This document shows positions 29,924-39,470 of a stretch of DNA of 64,000 bases, piece by piece. Each line of letters starts with the position of its first letter. The stretch's first letter is position 1. Below the pieces are notes generated by a model, which worked only from the letters and a program-made list of their open reading frames with translations, was not told the DNA's origin and did no database searches. Location: contig CAWCKJ010000004.1 of NCBI GenBank assembly GCA_963796105.1, positions 800,001 to 864,000 of the forward strand, in the 5' to 3' direction. The position numbers were made by a program, and so were the translations under genes. This DNA comes from a candidate division FCPU426 bacterium (GTDB lineage: Bacteria > Oederibacteriota > Muellerivitia > Muellerivitales > Muellerivitaceae).

Positions 29924-30909
29924 CATGCTTCTGTATTAAGTGACCCTTGAAATAAAGGAATACATAGGTATACTGTCCGCTACGGGAGGTGGTACATGAG
30001 CTACCAGCGGATGAAAAGCATTAAAATTCTGAGGAAAATCCACACGGAAGAAGAAGCCCGCCAATGGGTGTGGAGATGCCGTTTCGGCGGGAAAGACTTT
30101 GTTTGTCCCCAATGTGAGGGCGAAAGCTTCTGGCAACACCAGGCCAAGCCTGAAGTGAGGGAATGTGACTATTGCCGGAAACGTCTTCGGCTTCGCGCCG
30201 GGACGATTTTTGAAAGCTCCAAGCTGCCTCTTTTAACCTGGGTCAGGGCCATCAGTTTGATGATGCAGGGCAAACGGGGTATTTCGGCCCTGGAACTGAA
30301 GCGGCATTTAAATCTTTCGGATCATTCGGCATGGCTTCTATTGCATAAGATCCGGGAAGGTCTTAGGCAAAAGGACGAAAGCTATACTCTAAAGGGCGTC
30401 ATTGAGTTGGATGGGGCGGTTTTTGGGAAAAAGGCCAAGGAAAACCAAGTGGAAGTCTTGGTGGCGGTGGAAAGCAAGGAATGGGTGGATGAGAATGGTT
30501 GCAAGAAGGAAAAAGCGGGTTTTGCCAAGGTGAAGGTAGCTATGGAAACCAAGTGGGAGAGCCAGGAATTCGTGAATCAGACTATGGAAAAAGGCTCTTT
30601 CCTCAACACAGATGCTTCGCCAGCCTTGCGTGAACTCAAAGGAGTGGAGGCAGACTACCGGGTGATGGCCAATGACCCGAAAGAGTTGGAAAGTTGGTTG
30701 CCCTGGGTACACCGGTTCATTTCCAACGCCAAGGCCTGGATCATTGGAACTCATCATGGCGTTGATGCTAAGTATTTAGGCCGGTATCTAAGTGAATATG
30801 CCTATCGGTTCAACCGTCGTCATGATCCCGATTCCTTATTTCACCGTGCTTTGACCGCATGTGCCTTAGCAAAACCCATTACAGCACGGTCACTTTGTGC
30901 ATAAGCATA
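29924..30909 (+). mobile_element. IS1595-family insertion sequence A
   Basis: Imperfect TIRs atgcttctgtattaagtgacc / ggtcactttgtgcataagcat, flanked by AAAAATTA at 29916-29923 and 30910-30917. Confidence 0.88.
29996..30904 (+). CDS. IS1595 family transposase
   Basis: CPQC...CDYC zinc ribbon, HTH, ELDG/TDA, YLSEYAYRFNRR. Confidence 0.95.
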   Translation: MSYQRMKSIKILRKIHTEEEARQWVWRCRFGGKDFVCPQCEGESFWQHQAKPEVRECDYCRKRLRLRAGTIFESSKLPLLTWVRAISLMMQGKRGISALELKRHLNLSDHSAWLLLHKIREGLRQKDESYTLKGVIELDGAVFGKKAKENQVEVLVAVESKEWVDENGCKKEKAGFAKVKVAMETKWESQEFVNQTMEKGSFLNTDASPALRELKGVEADYRVMANDPKELESWLPWVHRFISNAKAWIIGTHHGVDAKYLGRYLSEYAYRFNRRHDPDSLFHRALTACALAKPITARSLCA

Positions 30910-30917
30910 AAAAATTA

Positions 30918-31905
30918 CATGCCTATCCGAACAACGCTTGCGCAGTAATGGGTTTTGCCAAAGCGCAAGCGGTTAAGGCCCGGTGAAATAAGGAATCTGG
31001 GTCATGGCGACGATTGAACCGATAAGTATATTCGCTCAAGTATCCAGGCAGATATTTCACGTTGACTCCATGATGGGTTCCTAGGATCCAAGCCTTGGCG
31101 TTGGAAATGAATCGGTGGACCCAAGGTAACCAGTGATTTAACACCACTGGGTCATTGGCTGTTACCTGGTACTCCACATCCACGTTTTCCAAGTTTCTCA
31201 AGCTGGGACTGGCATCCGTGTTTATCATGGCGCCTTTCTGGATTGCTTGATCGACGAATGCTTGGGCTTCCCACTTGGTTTCTGCGGTCACCTTTATCTT
31301 TGCAAAACCCGCTTTCTCTTTTTTGCGCCCTTTCTCATCTATCCATTCTTTGCTTTCAACCGCCACCAGCACTTCAGCCTGGTTTTCCTTTTCTCTCTTG
31401 CCGAATACAGCCCCATCCAACTCAATGATTTCCTTGAGTTGGTAATTTTCATCCCTTTGTCGAAGACTTTCCCGAATCTTATGCAACATCCTCCAAACGG
31501 TATCGTAGGAGGGCATTCCCAATTGCCGCTGAAGTTCCAGGGCTGAAATGCCCCTTTTCCCTTGCATCACCAATCCAATCATCCTCAACCAGGTTAAGAT
31601 TGGGATCTTGGATTTCCGGAAGATCGTTCCGGCTCGAAGCCGTATTTGCTTTCGACAATAGTCACATTCCCGCACTTCGGGGCGGTTTTTGTGTTGCCAG
31701 AAACTTTCTCCTTCACATTGTGGGCAAACAAAGTCTTTTCCGGCAAAACGGCTCTTCCACACCCATTGACGTGCCTTTTCTTCTGTATCGATTTCCTTGA
31801 AAATCTCAATCCCCTTCATCCGTTGGTAGTTCATAATTTGCCCCTCCAACAATGAGTATACTCCTGTATTCCTTTATTTCAACAGGTACCGTTTGGAGAG
31901 GCATT
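30918..31905 (-). mobile_element. IS1595-family insertion sequence B (inverted relative to A)
   Basis: TIRs atgcctatccgaac / gtttggagaggcat, flanked by AAAAATTA at 30910-30917 and 31906-31913. Confidence 0.88.
30923..31834 (-). CDS. IS1595 family transposase
   Basis: Same motifs as copy A; a related but diverged paralog. Confidence 0.95.
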   Translation of the reverse strand: MNYQRMKGIEIFKEIDTEEKARQWVWKSRFAGKDFVCPQCEGESFWQHKNRPEVRECDYCRKQIRLRAGTIFRKSKIPILTWLRMIGLVMQGKRGISALELQRQLGMPSYDTVWRMLHKIRESLRQRDENYQLKEIIELDGAVFGKREKENQAEVLVAVESKEWIDEKGRKKEKAGFAKIKVTAETKWEAQAFVDQAIQKGAMINTDASPSLRNLENVDVEYQVTANDPVVLNHWLPWVHRFISNAKAWILGTHHGVNVKYLPGYLSEYTYRFNRRHDPDSLFHRALTACALAKPITAQALFG

Positions 31906-31937
31906 AAAAATTAATTTATGACGTTTTATTAAAAAAA

Positions 31938-32442
31938 ATCAAAATTCTCCGAATTCTTGATGTCCTTTTCTTTCGAAGGTTTATTGTGTTCACCTTCCGG
32001 GATACCACTACGACGTTTCCTTTTTCGCTCCAGAAGTGACGAAACGTTGCCTTCTTCTGACCGGGGTTATTGGGTCACGGCTTCCCCAACCGTGTTTATT
32101 TTGCGGGGACATCAAGACTTCCCAAGTTCCTGGGGAACCCCCATGTGCACATGCCCTGCTCTACGACCGCGGTGGACTTGAGGACCCGGCCTTGCTTCGG
32201 TCTCTCAGGTTTTGCCTTCCGTTCGTGGAACGACGTCGGCTTCCACAATTCCCTTTTCGAGGCTCAATCACACGGCCTGTGCACTCCCTGTTTACGCTTT
32301 GCGGCAACAGTTACCCGTTGGCTCGCACAAAACTCGGTTCCGACTGCTGGCCAGCTTTGTCGGACAGGATTGTTTACCTGCTGGGTTCCATTACAAAGTT
32401 TCAGTTATTTCACTTCCTCCTTGTCCAAGCTTCTTGGCGCAC
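31938..32442 (-). ncRNA. Group II intron 5' fragment (domains I-II), no ORF and no DV/DVI
   Basis: Starts GTGCG at 32442. DI motifs AAGCGTAAACAGGG, ATTGAGCCTCGAAA, GCCGACGTC..GAAGGC, GGCATG, AGGAACTTGGGAA. DII stem TCTTGATGTCC/GGACATCAAGA followed by CGGAG. EBS1 TCCACG is complementary to the exon end CGTGGA. Confidence 0.85.
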
Positions 32443-32476
32443 TCCACGATGGGTCCCCTTCGCGGACAATAATTTT

Positions 32477-32989
32477 CTATTTAAAAAGCTCTTTTAATGT
32501 GTCAATTGCAGCAACTAATGAGTGCGAACCGCCCTCAAAGGGATGAAAACCGTACCGCAGGTAAAATTCCTCAGCCTTTTTGTTCTTAGCGTCCACAATC
32601 ATGTACTTCGCGGCCACTGATTGAACGGCAGCAATGGACCTGCGGATAGCATCCATCAACAAAATCTCCCCCAACCCGGTTCTTTGCCATTTAAGGTCAA
32701 CGGCAAGGCGGCCCAATCGCACCGCGGGAACCGGGTACCTCGGGAGGTTTTTTCGGTGGGATTCAGGAAGTGAACGCAATTCCACTTGAGCCATACTCAA
32801 GGTGTGATAACCGGCGGCAACCGGATCTCCGCCGGCAGGCACGAGGACGTAAGTGCTGCCCAAACCATTGCGGTGGTTCTGTCCCGCGTATCTTTTCAGG
32901 TAATCATTGAGTTCGAAAATGCCGCAGTCAAAAGACTGAAGTTCCGTCTTTTCCGCGATGGCTACAATCTTCCATTTCGGGCCTGGCAT
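32477..32989 (-). CDS. GNAT toxin (TacT/AtaT/KacT family)
   Basis: FDCG...LNDYL, PRYPVPAVRLGRLAVD, VDAKN...FYLRYGF. Confidence 0.92.
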   Translation of the reverse strand: MPGPKWKIVAIAEKTELQSFDCGIFELNDYLKRYAGQNHRNGLGSTYVLVPAGGDPVAAGYHTLSMAQVELRSLPESHRKNLPRYPVPAVRLGRLAVDLKWQRTGLGEILLMDAIRRSIAAVQSVAAKYMIVDAKNKKAEEFYLRYGFHPFEGGSHSLVAAIDTLKELFK

Positions 32990-32998
32990 AAAAAGGGT

Positions 32999-33286
32999 TC
33001 AGGACATTTCTTTTTGGTAACGCCGCGCGGCCGCTTTAAGTTTTTCGTTCGGCATAGGAGGGGTTTCCAGGAGCCGCAGGAACAAGTCCACGTCTCGTTT
33101 GGCCGGAACATAGGTTTTAACCGGGATCGCGTCTTCCTGCGCCGCATGCAGGGATCTCGTCACGAGATAAGAACTAAGGCTCAAACCTTGGGCTTGAGCG
33201 GCTTTTTCCAGCAATCGCTTATCTTGGGGTCGCACCCTCAGTTCGATGCGTTCTTCTTTGGTTTTTAGAGCTTTTGACATGGTCAT
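32999..33286 (-). CDS. DUF1778 RHH antitoxin (TacA/AtaR family)
   Basis: ERIELRV...LEKAAQAQGLSLSSY, PNEKLKAA; directly upstream of the GNAT toxin. Confidence 0.92.
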   Translation of the reverse strand: MTMSKALKTKEERIELRVRPQDKRLLEKAAQAQGLSLSSYLVTRSLHAAQEDAIPVKTYVPAKRDVDLFLRLLETPPMPNEKLKAAARRYQKEMS

Positions 33287-33307
33287 ACCCTCCGCTTTCA
33301 ATATACC

Positions 33308-33334
33308 ATATGTACGGTATTATTCCGTACATAT
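33308..33334. promoter_or_regulatory. TacAT/KacAT-type operator palindrome
   Basis: Perfect 10-bp inverted repeat ATATGTACGG-N7-CCGTACATAT just upstream of the antitoxin. Confidence 0.8.
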
Positions 33335-33493
33335 TAATGTGTTTTTCTTGTCCACGATCCCTGCATGAAGCCGGGGGCGGCAACGAACCATCGCTGCGGT
33401 GCGATGGTTTCCCAGCCGTAGACAATATCTCCGCACTCATTTTATTTAAAAAAAGCACGTGAATGCGTTTCCTTATAGCCCCTGGAAAATGTC

Positions 33494-34525
33494 TTAAAAC
33501 AGGGGAAGTTGGTCGGGGGAGACAGAGGCGAGGGATGAGCGTCTCTTACGAGGTTTTGGAGTAGCGGCCGCTGGAGCGACTGCCTCTTTAGATGCCGCGA
33601 CGGGCACAGCATCGGGCACTGGGGATTCAGCAACAACTGGTACGGCTTTGATTGGCGGGGCGGAAGCTTGAAGCTTGTTTTCCTTTGCCTCCTCTTTCCT
33701 CTTTTTCCGGTCCTCCACGGATTTCTTTCCCTCCGCGCAAAGGGGCAGGTACTCGCACCAGGGGCAAAGAGCGCTGGGCTTGGTCGGATAATCCTTGGCG
33801 CTTTCGACCGTCTTGATCTTGGAAACATATTTCTGCTTGAGCCACTCGATTTCCTTGCTGTTTCTTTCCCCCACCACTTGGTCTTCCTCGAAAGCCACGA
33901 AGTGCCAGATCAGCTTGATCTTCTCTTTCGGTCCGTAGCGGGGGTCATGTAAGAGGCCGATCTGGTAAAGGGCCAGCTGGTCCTCGTTCCTCGCGTCCTC
34001 GGCCCCCATCTTGCGGGAGCTGGTCTTGTAATCGTGGATCCAGAGGGTTCCGTCCGAATCCCGGCCCAGGCGGTCAATGTAGCCCTGCATCCTGTATTTG
34101 CGCTCGGGGTCCAGGTCGAAAAGCACCTTCTTCTCGATTCCCTCGGTCTTGTCCTGGTCGAAGGGGTGGTAACGGTGGTAATAGTTCTCCAGGAAAAGCT
34201 GTCCCTTTTGGAAATAATCCTCCGGGGTCTGTCCCTCCTGGATGATGCGGAGGGGCTCGGAGAACCCCTTGTCCTCCTGCTTGCGCAGGGACATTTTCCA
34301 CTGGCTTTCCCATTGGGCCTTGAATTGATCCAAGACCTCGTTCACGGTGGGGACGCGCTGGGGAACCAGCTCGTAAAGGAATTCCATGGCCTCATGGAAG
34401 CGGGACCCGAGGAAAAGCTCGATACCCTCCGGTACCGGAGAGGGGGTCTTGAGAAGATAGCGGTGTTGGAATTGGGAGGGACAGGTGAAGTAAGTATTAA
34501 TTCGCGAGTAGGAATAAACCGTCAT
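33494..34525 (-). CDS. PD-(D/E)XK nuclease (RecB/AddB/Cas4-like) with probable Fe-S cysteines
   Basis: SYSRINTYFTCP, GYIDRL, IHDYKT, QLALYQ, CPWCEYLPLC. Confidence 0.88.
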   Translation of the reverse strand: MTVYSYSRINTYFTCPSQFQHRYLLKTPSPVPEGIELFLGSRFHEAMEFLYELVPQRVPTVNEVLDQFKAQWESQWKMSLRKQEDKGFSEPLRIIQEGQTPEDYFQKGQLFLENYYHRYHPFDQDKTEGIEKKVLFDLDPERKYRMQGYIDRLGRDSDGTLWIHDYKTSSRKMGAEDARNEDQLALYQIGLLHDPRYGPKEKIKLIWHFVAFEEDQVVGERNSKEIEWLKQKYVSKIKTVESAKDYPTKPSALCPWCEYLPLCAEGKKSVEDRKKRKEEAKENKLQASAPPIKAVPVVAESPVPDAVPVAASKEAVAPAAATPKPRKRRSSLASVSPDQLPLF

Positions 34526-34581
34526 GCGGAAATTATAGAACAATTAATGAAAAATGAACAATGAACAATAGGTAACATCAT

Positions 34582-35052
34582 TCAGTTCAGTCGATGAATC
34601 AAGTGACAGATTCCGTCGGCGAGGTAGAGTTCCAGCCGGGCTTTCCGATCCGCCCATACATAGACTTTGCCGTCCCATCGCTGTTGGTAGGAAGGGGGCC
34701 AGAGTTTTTTAGTCCAGTATTCCTGGAGCTCCTTTTCCTTGGATTCGGTCATGCTGGAATGGTAGCGCCACTCCGCCTGTTCCAGGATCTTGGTCTTAGA
34801 GTTGAAATATAAAAAAAAGGCGGTGACAGAAGGGTCCCGGCTGACTCCCCGGCAGGCGATGAGACGGTCCGAGCTGAGGGCCGGGTCCACCTGCAAAGCC
34901 TTGGCGGAATAGAGGAACCATTGCTGTTTGACGTCCTCCATGTTTTGGCCCAGGGTCAGGTCTTCCACGACCTGGAGCTTGGCGATTCCCCGGTCCGTCA
35001 TGTTGCAGCCCATCAGGAAAACCAAAAGACATAAGGATGAAAACCAGCGCAT
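34582..35052 (-). CDS. Hypothetical lipoprotein
   Basis: MRWFSSLCLLVFLMGC lipobox. Confidence 0.65.
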   Translation of the reverse strand: MRWFSSLCLLVFLMGCNMTDRGIAKLQVVEDLTLGQNMEDVKQQWFLYSAKALQVDPALSSDRLIACRGVSRDPSVTAFFLYFNSKTKILEQAEWRYHSSMTESKEKELQEYWTKKLWPPSYQQRWDGKVYVWADRKARLELYLADGICHLIHRLN

Positions 35053-35161
35053 TCCCGCCCCTTTTGGAAATAAGTTTCGCTCTATCCGCCTTCGCCCGTT
35101 CTGCTCCATGATGTACCTGAATGCCTTTTTTTCCAAGAGCGTGTTTGGTACATTATCGACC

Positions 35162-36895
35162 ATGCCTCCCTTAAACCCCCATCAATTGCCCCATGAGTTT
35201 CCGCGCCAATATATCCCCGCTTCCGCGGCGCTTGGGAATTGGCCTTCCGTGGAGCCTTTTTTCCAGGAATTGGAGAAACGCGAAATTACCTCCAAGGCCG
35301 GCCTGGAAAAATGGCTGAGAGACCTGGGAGAGTTGGAGAATGTCCTGGATGAGGAGGGCACCCTTCGCTACGTGCGAATGACCTGCGAGACAGAGGACCC
35401 GGAAATCGAGAAAAGATTCCTTGAGTTCCTGGAGCAGGTCTCGGAACCCTCCAAATCGAGGTTTTTCGCCCTCCTCAAGAAATATTGGAACTGCCCTTTC
35501 CGCCCAGAGATGCCGCAAGATGAGTTTTTCCTCTTCAACCGTTCCGTGGAAAACCAACTGGCCCTTTACCGGGAGGAAAATATCCCCCTGGAAACCGAGC
35601 TGGAGAAACTTTCCCAGCAATACCAAAAACTAAGCGGTTCCCTGATGGTCTCCTACGAGGGCAAGGAGCAAACCCTCCAGCAAATGGGGAAATACCAGGA
35701 ATCCACCGACCGGAACCAACGGGAGGAAACCTGGAGGCTGGTCGCGGGGCGTCGTCTTAAAGAAAAGGACGCCTTCGAGGCCCTCTTCGACCAGATGCTG
35801 GGCCTTCGGGTGAAGGCGGCGGGGAACGCCGGTTTCGAGAATTACCGGGATTACACTTTCCGCCGGAAGGAACGCTTCGATTACGGTCCCAAGGATTGCG
35901 AGGCATTCCACGAAAGCGCGGAAAAAATCGTCAAACCCCTGGTATCTAAAATACAGCGAAAACGCGCCGAGAAAATGGGGTTGGCTTCCTTGCGGCCCTG
36001 GGACTTGTCCGTGGACCCGGACGGCTTGGCGGCCTTGAGGCCCTTTGAGACCCCGCAAAAGCTCGCGGACGGCTGTGAGAAAATATTGGGGAAAGTGGAC
36101 CAAGAATTCCAAAAGACATTCAAGGCCATGAGGGAATTGGGCCTGCTGGACCTGGAATCCCGCAAGGGCAAGGCCCCCGGAGGTTACAACACCACACTCT
36201 CTGAGACGCGCCTCCCCTTCATCTTCACCAACGCGGTCGGGCTGGACCAGGACGTTCGCACCCTATTGCACGAGAGCGGCCACGCCATGCACGGTTTCGC
36301 CTCCAGGACCATACCCTTCTCGCCCTACCGGAGCGCCCCCATCGAGTTCTGCGAAGTGGCCTCCATGAGCATGGAGCTGTTGGGCGATCCTTTCATGCGG
36401 GAATTTTATCCGGACCCCAGGCAAGCGGCTCGCTCCAACCTTCGCCACCTAGAAAGCGTGGTGGCCATTATTCCCTGGATCGCCACCGTGGACGCATTCC
36501 AGCATTGGATCTACACGCATCCGGGCCACAGCCGGGAGGATAGAACCAGCGCCTGGACCGGCCTCCTGGACCGCTTCGGGGGTATCGAGGATTGGAAAGG
36601 CCTTGAGGAAATCCGCGCCTTCACCTGGCACCGCCAGCTTCATATCTTCGAGCTTCCCTTTTATTACATCGAGTACGCCATCGCCCAGCTGGGCGCCTTG
36701 CAGGTCTGGATGAATTTCAGGAAAGACCCGAAGGAAGCCGTGCGGCTTTACAAGCGGGGACTTTCCGTGGGCGGGAGCCAAACCTTGCCGGAGATTTTCA
36801 AATCGGCGGGAATCCTCTTTGATTTCAGCCCAAGGATGATCGAGCCTCTCATGGCCGAGGTGGAAAAGGAACTGGGAAGGTTAGATAAACTTTGA
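35162..36895 (+). CDS. M3 family oligoendopeptidase (PepF-like)
   Basis: HESGHAMH, EVASMSME, GKAPGGY, PFYYIEYA. Confidence 0.93.
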   Translation: MPPLNPHQLPHEFPRQYIPASAALGNWPSVEPFFQELEKREITSKAGLEKWLRDLGELENVLDEEGTLRYVRMTCETEDPEIEKRFLEFLEQVSEPSKSRFFALLKKYWNCPFRPEMPQDEFFLFNRSVENQLALYREENIPLETELEKLSQQYQKLSGSLMVSYEGKEQTLQQMGKYQESTDRNQREETWRLVAGRRLKEKDAFEALFDQMLGLRVKAAGNAGFENYRDYTFRRKERFDYGPKDCEAFHESAEKIVKPLVSKIQRKRAEKMGLASLRPWDLSVDPDGLAALRPFETPQKLADGCEKILGKVDQEFQKTFKAMRELGLLDLESRKGKAPGGYNTTLSETRLPFIFTNAVGLDQDVRTLLHESGHAMHGFASRTIPFSPYRSAPIEFCEVASMSMELLGDPFMREFYPDPRQAARSNLRHLESVVAIIPWIATVDAFQHWIYTHPGHSREDRTSAWTGLLDRFGGIEDWKGLEEIRAFTWHRQLHIFELPFYYIEYAIAQLGALQVWMNFRKDPKEAVRLYKRGLSVGGSQTLPEIFKSAGILFDFSPRMIEPLMAEVEKELGRLDKL

Positions 36896-36913
36896 AATAA
36901 AAATATTTACAAG

Positions 36914-37064
36914 TGTCATTGCGAGGAATGCCCCGTAAATAGCGGGGCGATTATGACGAAGCAACCCCAGTATAATTAGACCGTTGCCAAGAGTCCGAAA
37001 TCAATGCTTCAATCACCCATAAGCTGAGGTTGCTTCGCCACATAAACCACGGCTCGCAATGACA
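36914..37064. repeat. REP-like palindromic element (GTCATTGCGAG...CTCGCAATGAC type)
   Basis: Terminal inverted repeat tgtcattgcgag/ctcgcaatgaca with internal cgaagcaacc/ggttgcttcg, between convergent genes. Confidence 0.85.
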
Positions 37065-37066
37065 AC

Positions 37067-37852
37067 CTAGTTAAATTTCCATTCCAAGCTCAGTTGTCCG
37101 GGCAAGGCCGAGACCGAGAAGTCCTTGGGCTTGTAAACCACGCAGTTCCCGATCAGAAATCCCAAGGTCGCTCCCGCGGTCACATCCGACAAATAATGGT
37201 AGTAACCCTCCACGCGGGCCAAGCCCGTCACCACCCCGAAAAGGTAGGCGGGAACCCCTGCCTCCCACCCGAAGTATTTCGTCACCACCGGCGCGAAACA
37301 AAAGGCAGTAATGGTGTGGCCGGAGGGGAAGGAATAGGAGCCCCCGTCGGGTCGGGTCCGATCGACGGAGTACTTGATCCCCGTCACCAGGACGGTGGAT
37401 AACAACAGAGACTCGGACGCGTCCCGCCCGAATTCCCGCATTCTTTTATCGTCGGTCACCGCGCCCAGGGACCATGCGCCTAGCGCGCTTCCTCCCTCCA
37501 CCCACCCAGCTCCGTAGAAATCGCCGAAGTCGAATAGGGGTTGGGCTTTCCAGCCTTTCAAGTCTGAGGCAAGGCGGTTCTCCCCGTCCAAGGTCCCCCA
37601 ATCCACGGCTGTGGCAAGCCCCCCAATCATCACGGGAAAAAAATTATACCGGTCCAAAAGATGGGGAAGGTCATCCAGGATCTTGGTGGGCAAGTGAACG
37701 AGTGATGTATCCGGGTCCGGGGACATCCAAACCTCATCCGAATGGGCTTTCAAGGAGCCGAAAAGGAATAAAAAAAGAAAGAATAACAGTCTTGGGAGAA
37801 TCAGGAGAAGCCGTGGACCCGGGGTTGAACTTTGATCCAAACCCTTCAACAA
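37067..37852 (-). CDS. PAP2 family phosphatase-like protein
   Basis: KYSVDRTRP, SFPSGH, RVEGYYHYLSDV. Probable TTG start at the end of the upstream gene. Confidence 0.82.
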   Translation of the reverse strand: MLKGLDQSSTPGPRLLLILPRLLFFLFLFLFGSLKAHSDEVWMSPDPDTSLVHLPTKILDDLPHLLDRYNFFPVMIGGLATAVDWGTLDGENRLASDLKGWKAQPLFDFGDFYGAGWVEGGSALGAWSLGAVTDDKRMREFGRDASESLLLSTVLVTGIKYSVDRTRPDGGSYSFPSGHTITAFCFAPVVTKYFGWEAGVPAYLFGVVTGLARVEGYYHYLSDVTAGATLGFLIGNCVVYKPKDFSVSALPGQLSLEWKFN

Positions 37853-38535
37853 ATCTGGTCGTCTTGGGTTTCGGGAATGGGCCGGTACTTCTGGTAAAGC
37901 CAAAAACCAATGCCGATGCCCAAAAGGATGAAGAAGGCGGAAACTTTTCCCTCCCCGATTTGGGCGATGGCCGAGGCGGGACAGGTTCCCGCCAAGACCC
38001 AGCCTACCCCGAAAAGGAAAGCCCCTATCAGGCGTTTGGAATTCCACTTCAGCGACTTCAAAACCGGGGCTTTCCCGGTCCGGCTGGGGGGAAGCAAATA
38101 GCTGATCAGGGCGACGAGGGATAACGACAGGACGAAAGCCCCAGTCTGGGGCCAGAAATGAAACAGGAGATAGATGATGACCATATAAACAACCGTGGCG
38201 AAGACATACTTCGCGGGGGACAAAGCGGGAACTTTCTTGGGTAGGAAGTAAAGGCCCAGGAGGATCACCGCCACCGCCATGAGAATAACGCCGCATAGGC
38301 TTAACGACGCCAGGTGCCAGGAATCCAGGTGATGCCAAGCGCCGTTCATGAACGAGTCAGTGCGGAGTTCCCTGAGAAGGAACATGTCCGTGACCGAGTC
38401 GCAATTGGTGAATTCCGCCTTGGATAGGAAGTACCCGAAAAGGATTCCCAGGCCCAGGTAAGCCCCTTTTCCATCAATGAATTTTTTCTTGCTGGTTGAT
38501 GCTTTTCTCCGCAGGGTTGTATTTAGTTTTGCCAT
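37846..38535 (-). CDS. YeeE/YedE (thiosulfate/sulfur transporter) family protein
   Basis: GAFLFGVGWVLAGTCPASAIAQIGEG. Confidence 0.85.
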   Translation of the reverse strand: MAKLNTTLRRKASTSKKKFIDGKGAYLGLGILFGYFLSKAEFTNCDSVTDMFLLRELRTDSFMNGAWHHLDSWHLASLSLCGVILMAVAVILLGLYFLPKKVPALSPAKYVFATVVYMVIIYLLFHFWPQTGAFVLSLSLVALISYLLPPSRTGKAPVLKSLKWNSKRLIGAFLFGVGWVLAGTCPASAIAQIGEGKVSAFFILLGIGIGFWLYQKYRPIPETQDDQIC

Positions 38536-38536
38536 G

Positions 38537-39178
38537 TTAAAACACCTTTATGAAAGAAAATAAAAAATTGGCGAATAATATTCCTGCCACGAGAAGAGCC
38601 GCCGTGGAAAGAACGGTCATTTTATTTCCCTGGGCCAAGCCAAAGAGGTTGGTCCAGATCGAGCCCCCCGCCCAGCGGGCGCCGAAGCCCACCAACGCGC
38701 CGGCTATGAGCAGGATGGGGATCTTCATCAAGGGCAAACCGTAGGTTAACCCGTCCAGCCGCCCGAAAAGCCATGTCCAATTCCAATGGCCCGCGTTGGC
38801 GATGAAAGCTCCGATAGGAAGCCCCAGGATCAGCCAGAATTGCCAGCGGTCCTTGAGTGGAGTGGATTCCATCCAGGAAGCCAACAGAAGAATGGAAGCG
38901 ATGATGAGCAGGAAGAATAATAGGCCGAGCCATTCATTGTTGATATAAGCGGAAATGAGCCCCGTCAGGGTTGTAACCGCCAAAACCAGGAGGAACAACG
39001 TTAATTTGGGAGAGGTTGGATTGGCTTTCAACGCCAACCGAACATCCTCATAACCGCCGACAGCTCCCAACCGCCTTCCGGTCAGCCAATACAGGATCAA
39101 AGCGGTGCATCCGATACCCAACCCCGCGGCCCACCAATACCAGGGGTTGATAAATAGAACCCTAAGAATCATCACCAC
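38537..39178 (-). CDS. YeeE/YedE family protein
   Basis: WWAAGLGIG and GALVGFGARWAGG motifs. Confidence 0.78.
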   Translation of the reverse strand: MVMILRVLFINPWYWWAAGLGIGCTALILYWLTGRRLGAVGGYEDVRLALKANPTSPKLTLFLLVLAVTTLTGLISAYINNEWLGLLFFLLIIASILLLASWMESTPLKDRWQFWLILGLPIGAFIANAGHWNWTWLFGRLDGLTYGLPLMKIPILLIAGALVGFGARWAGGSIWTNLFGLAQGNKMTVLSTAALLVAGILFANFLFSFIKVF

Positions 39179-39420
39179 GATCGCCCTCCGTAGCTTTTTT
39201 CTGGCCCATATACTAAATCAAAAAAGGCCCCAGATAAACAAAGATTGGATATGGTTTTTCAGGTGATTTAACCAATCTATTTGAATTCAAACACCCCATA
39301 AAAGTATCCAAAACAAGCACAGTAACTAACAAAATAATAACTCAACATTAGGTCTGGTTCGTTCCCCTCTTAAGAAACAGGTTTAATACCTTGAAATTTA
39401 AGGTTTTTCCTAACTGGGCC

Positions 39421-39450
39421 ACTGTGGTTCCAACGGAACCTGCGGTGAAT
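39421..39450. repeat. REP-like hairpin (CACCACAG family)
   Basis: actgtggttccaacggaacctgcggtgaat; homologous to 41745-41781 (inverted) and 41987-42025. Confidence 0.6.
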
Positions 39451-39470
39451 ATGTTCTTTTGAGTTTTAAA

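Noticed and set aside
32036..32546. Plus-strand ORFs of 86-158 aa
   Set aside because: Antisense to the group II intron RNA; not protein-like.
33494..34525. Cas4-like nuclease as evidence of CRISPR-Cas
   Set aside because: Solo PD-(D/E)XK nucleases are common; no cas1/cas2 or array nearby.
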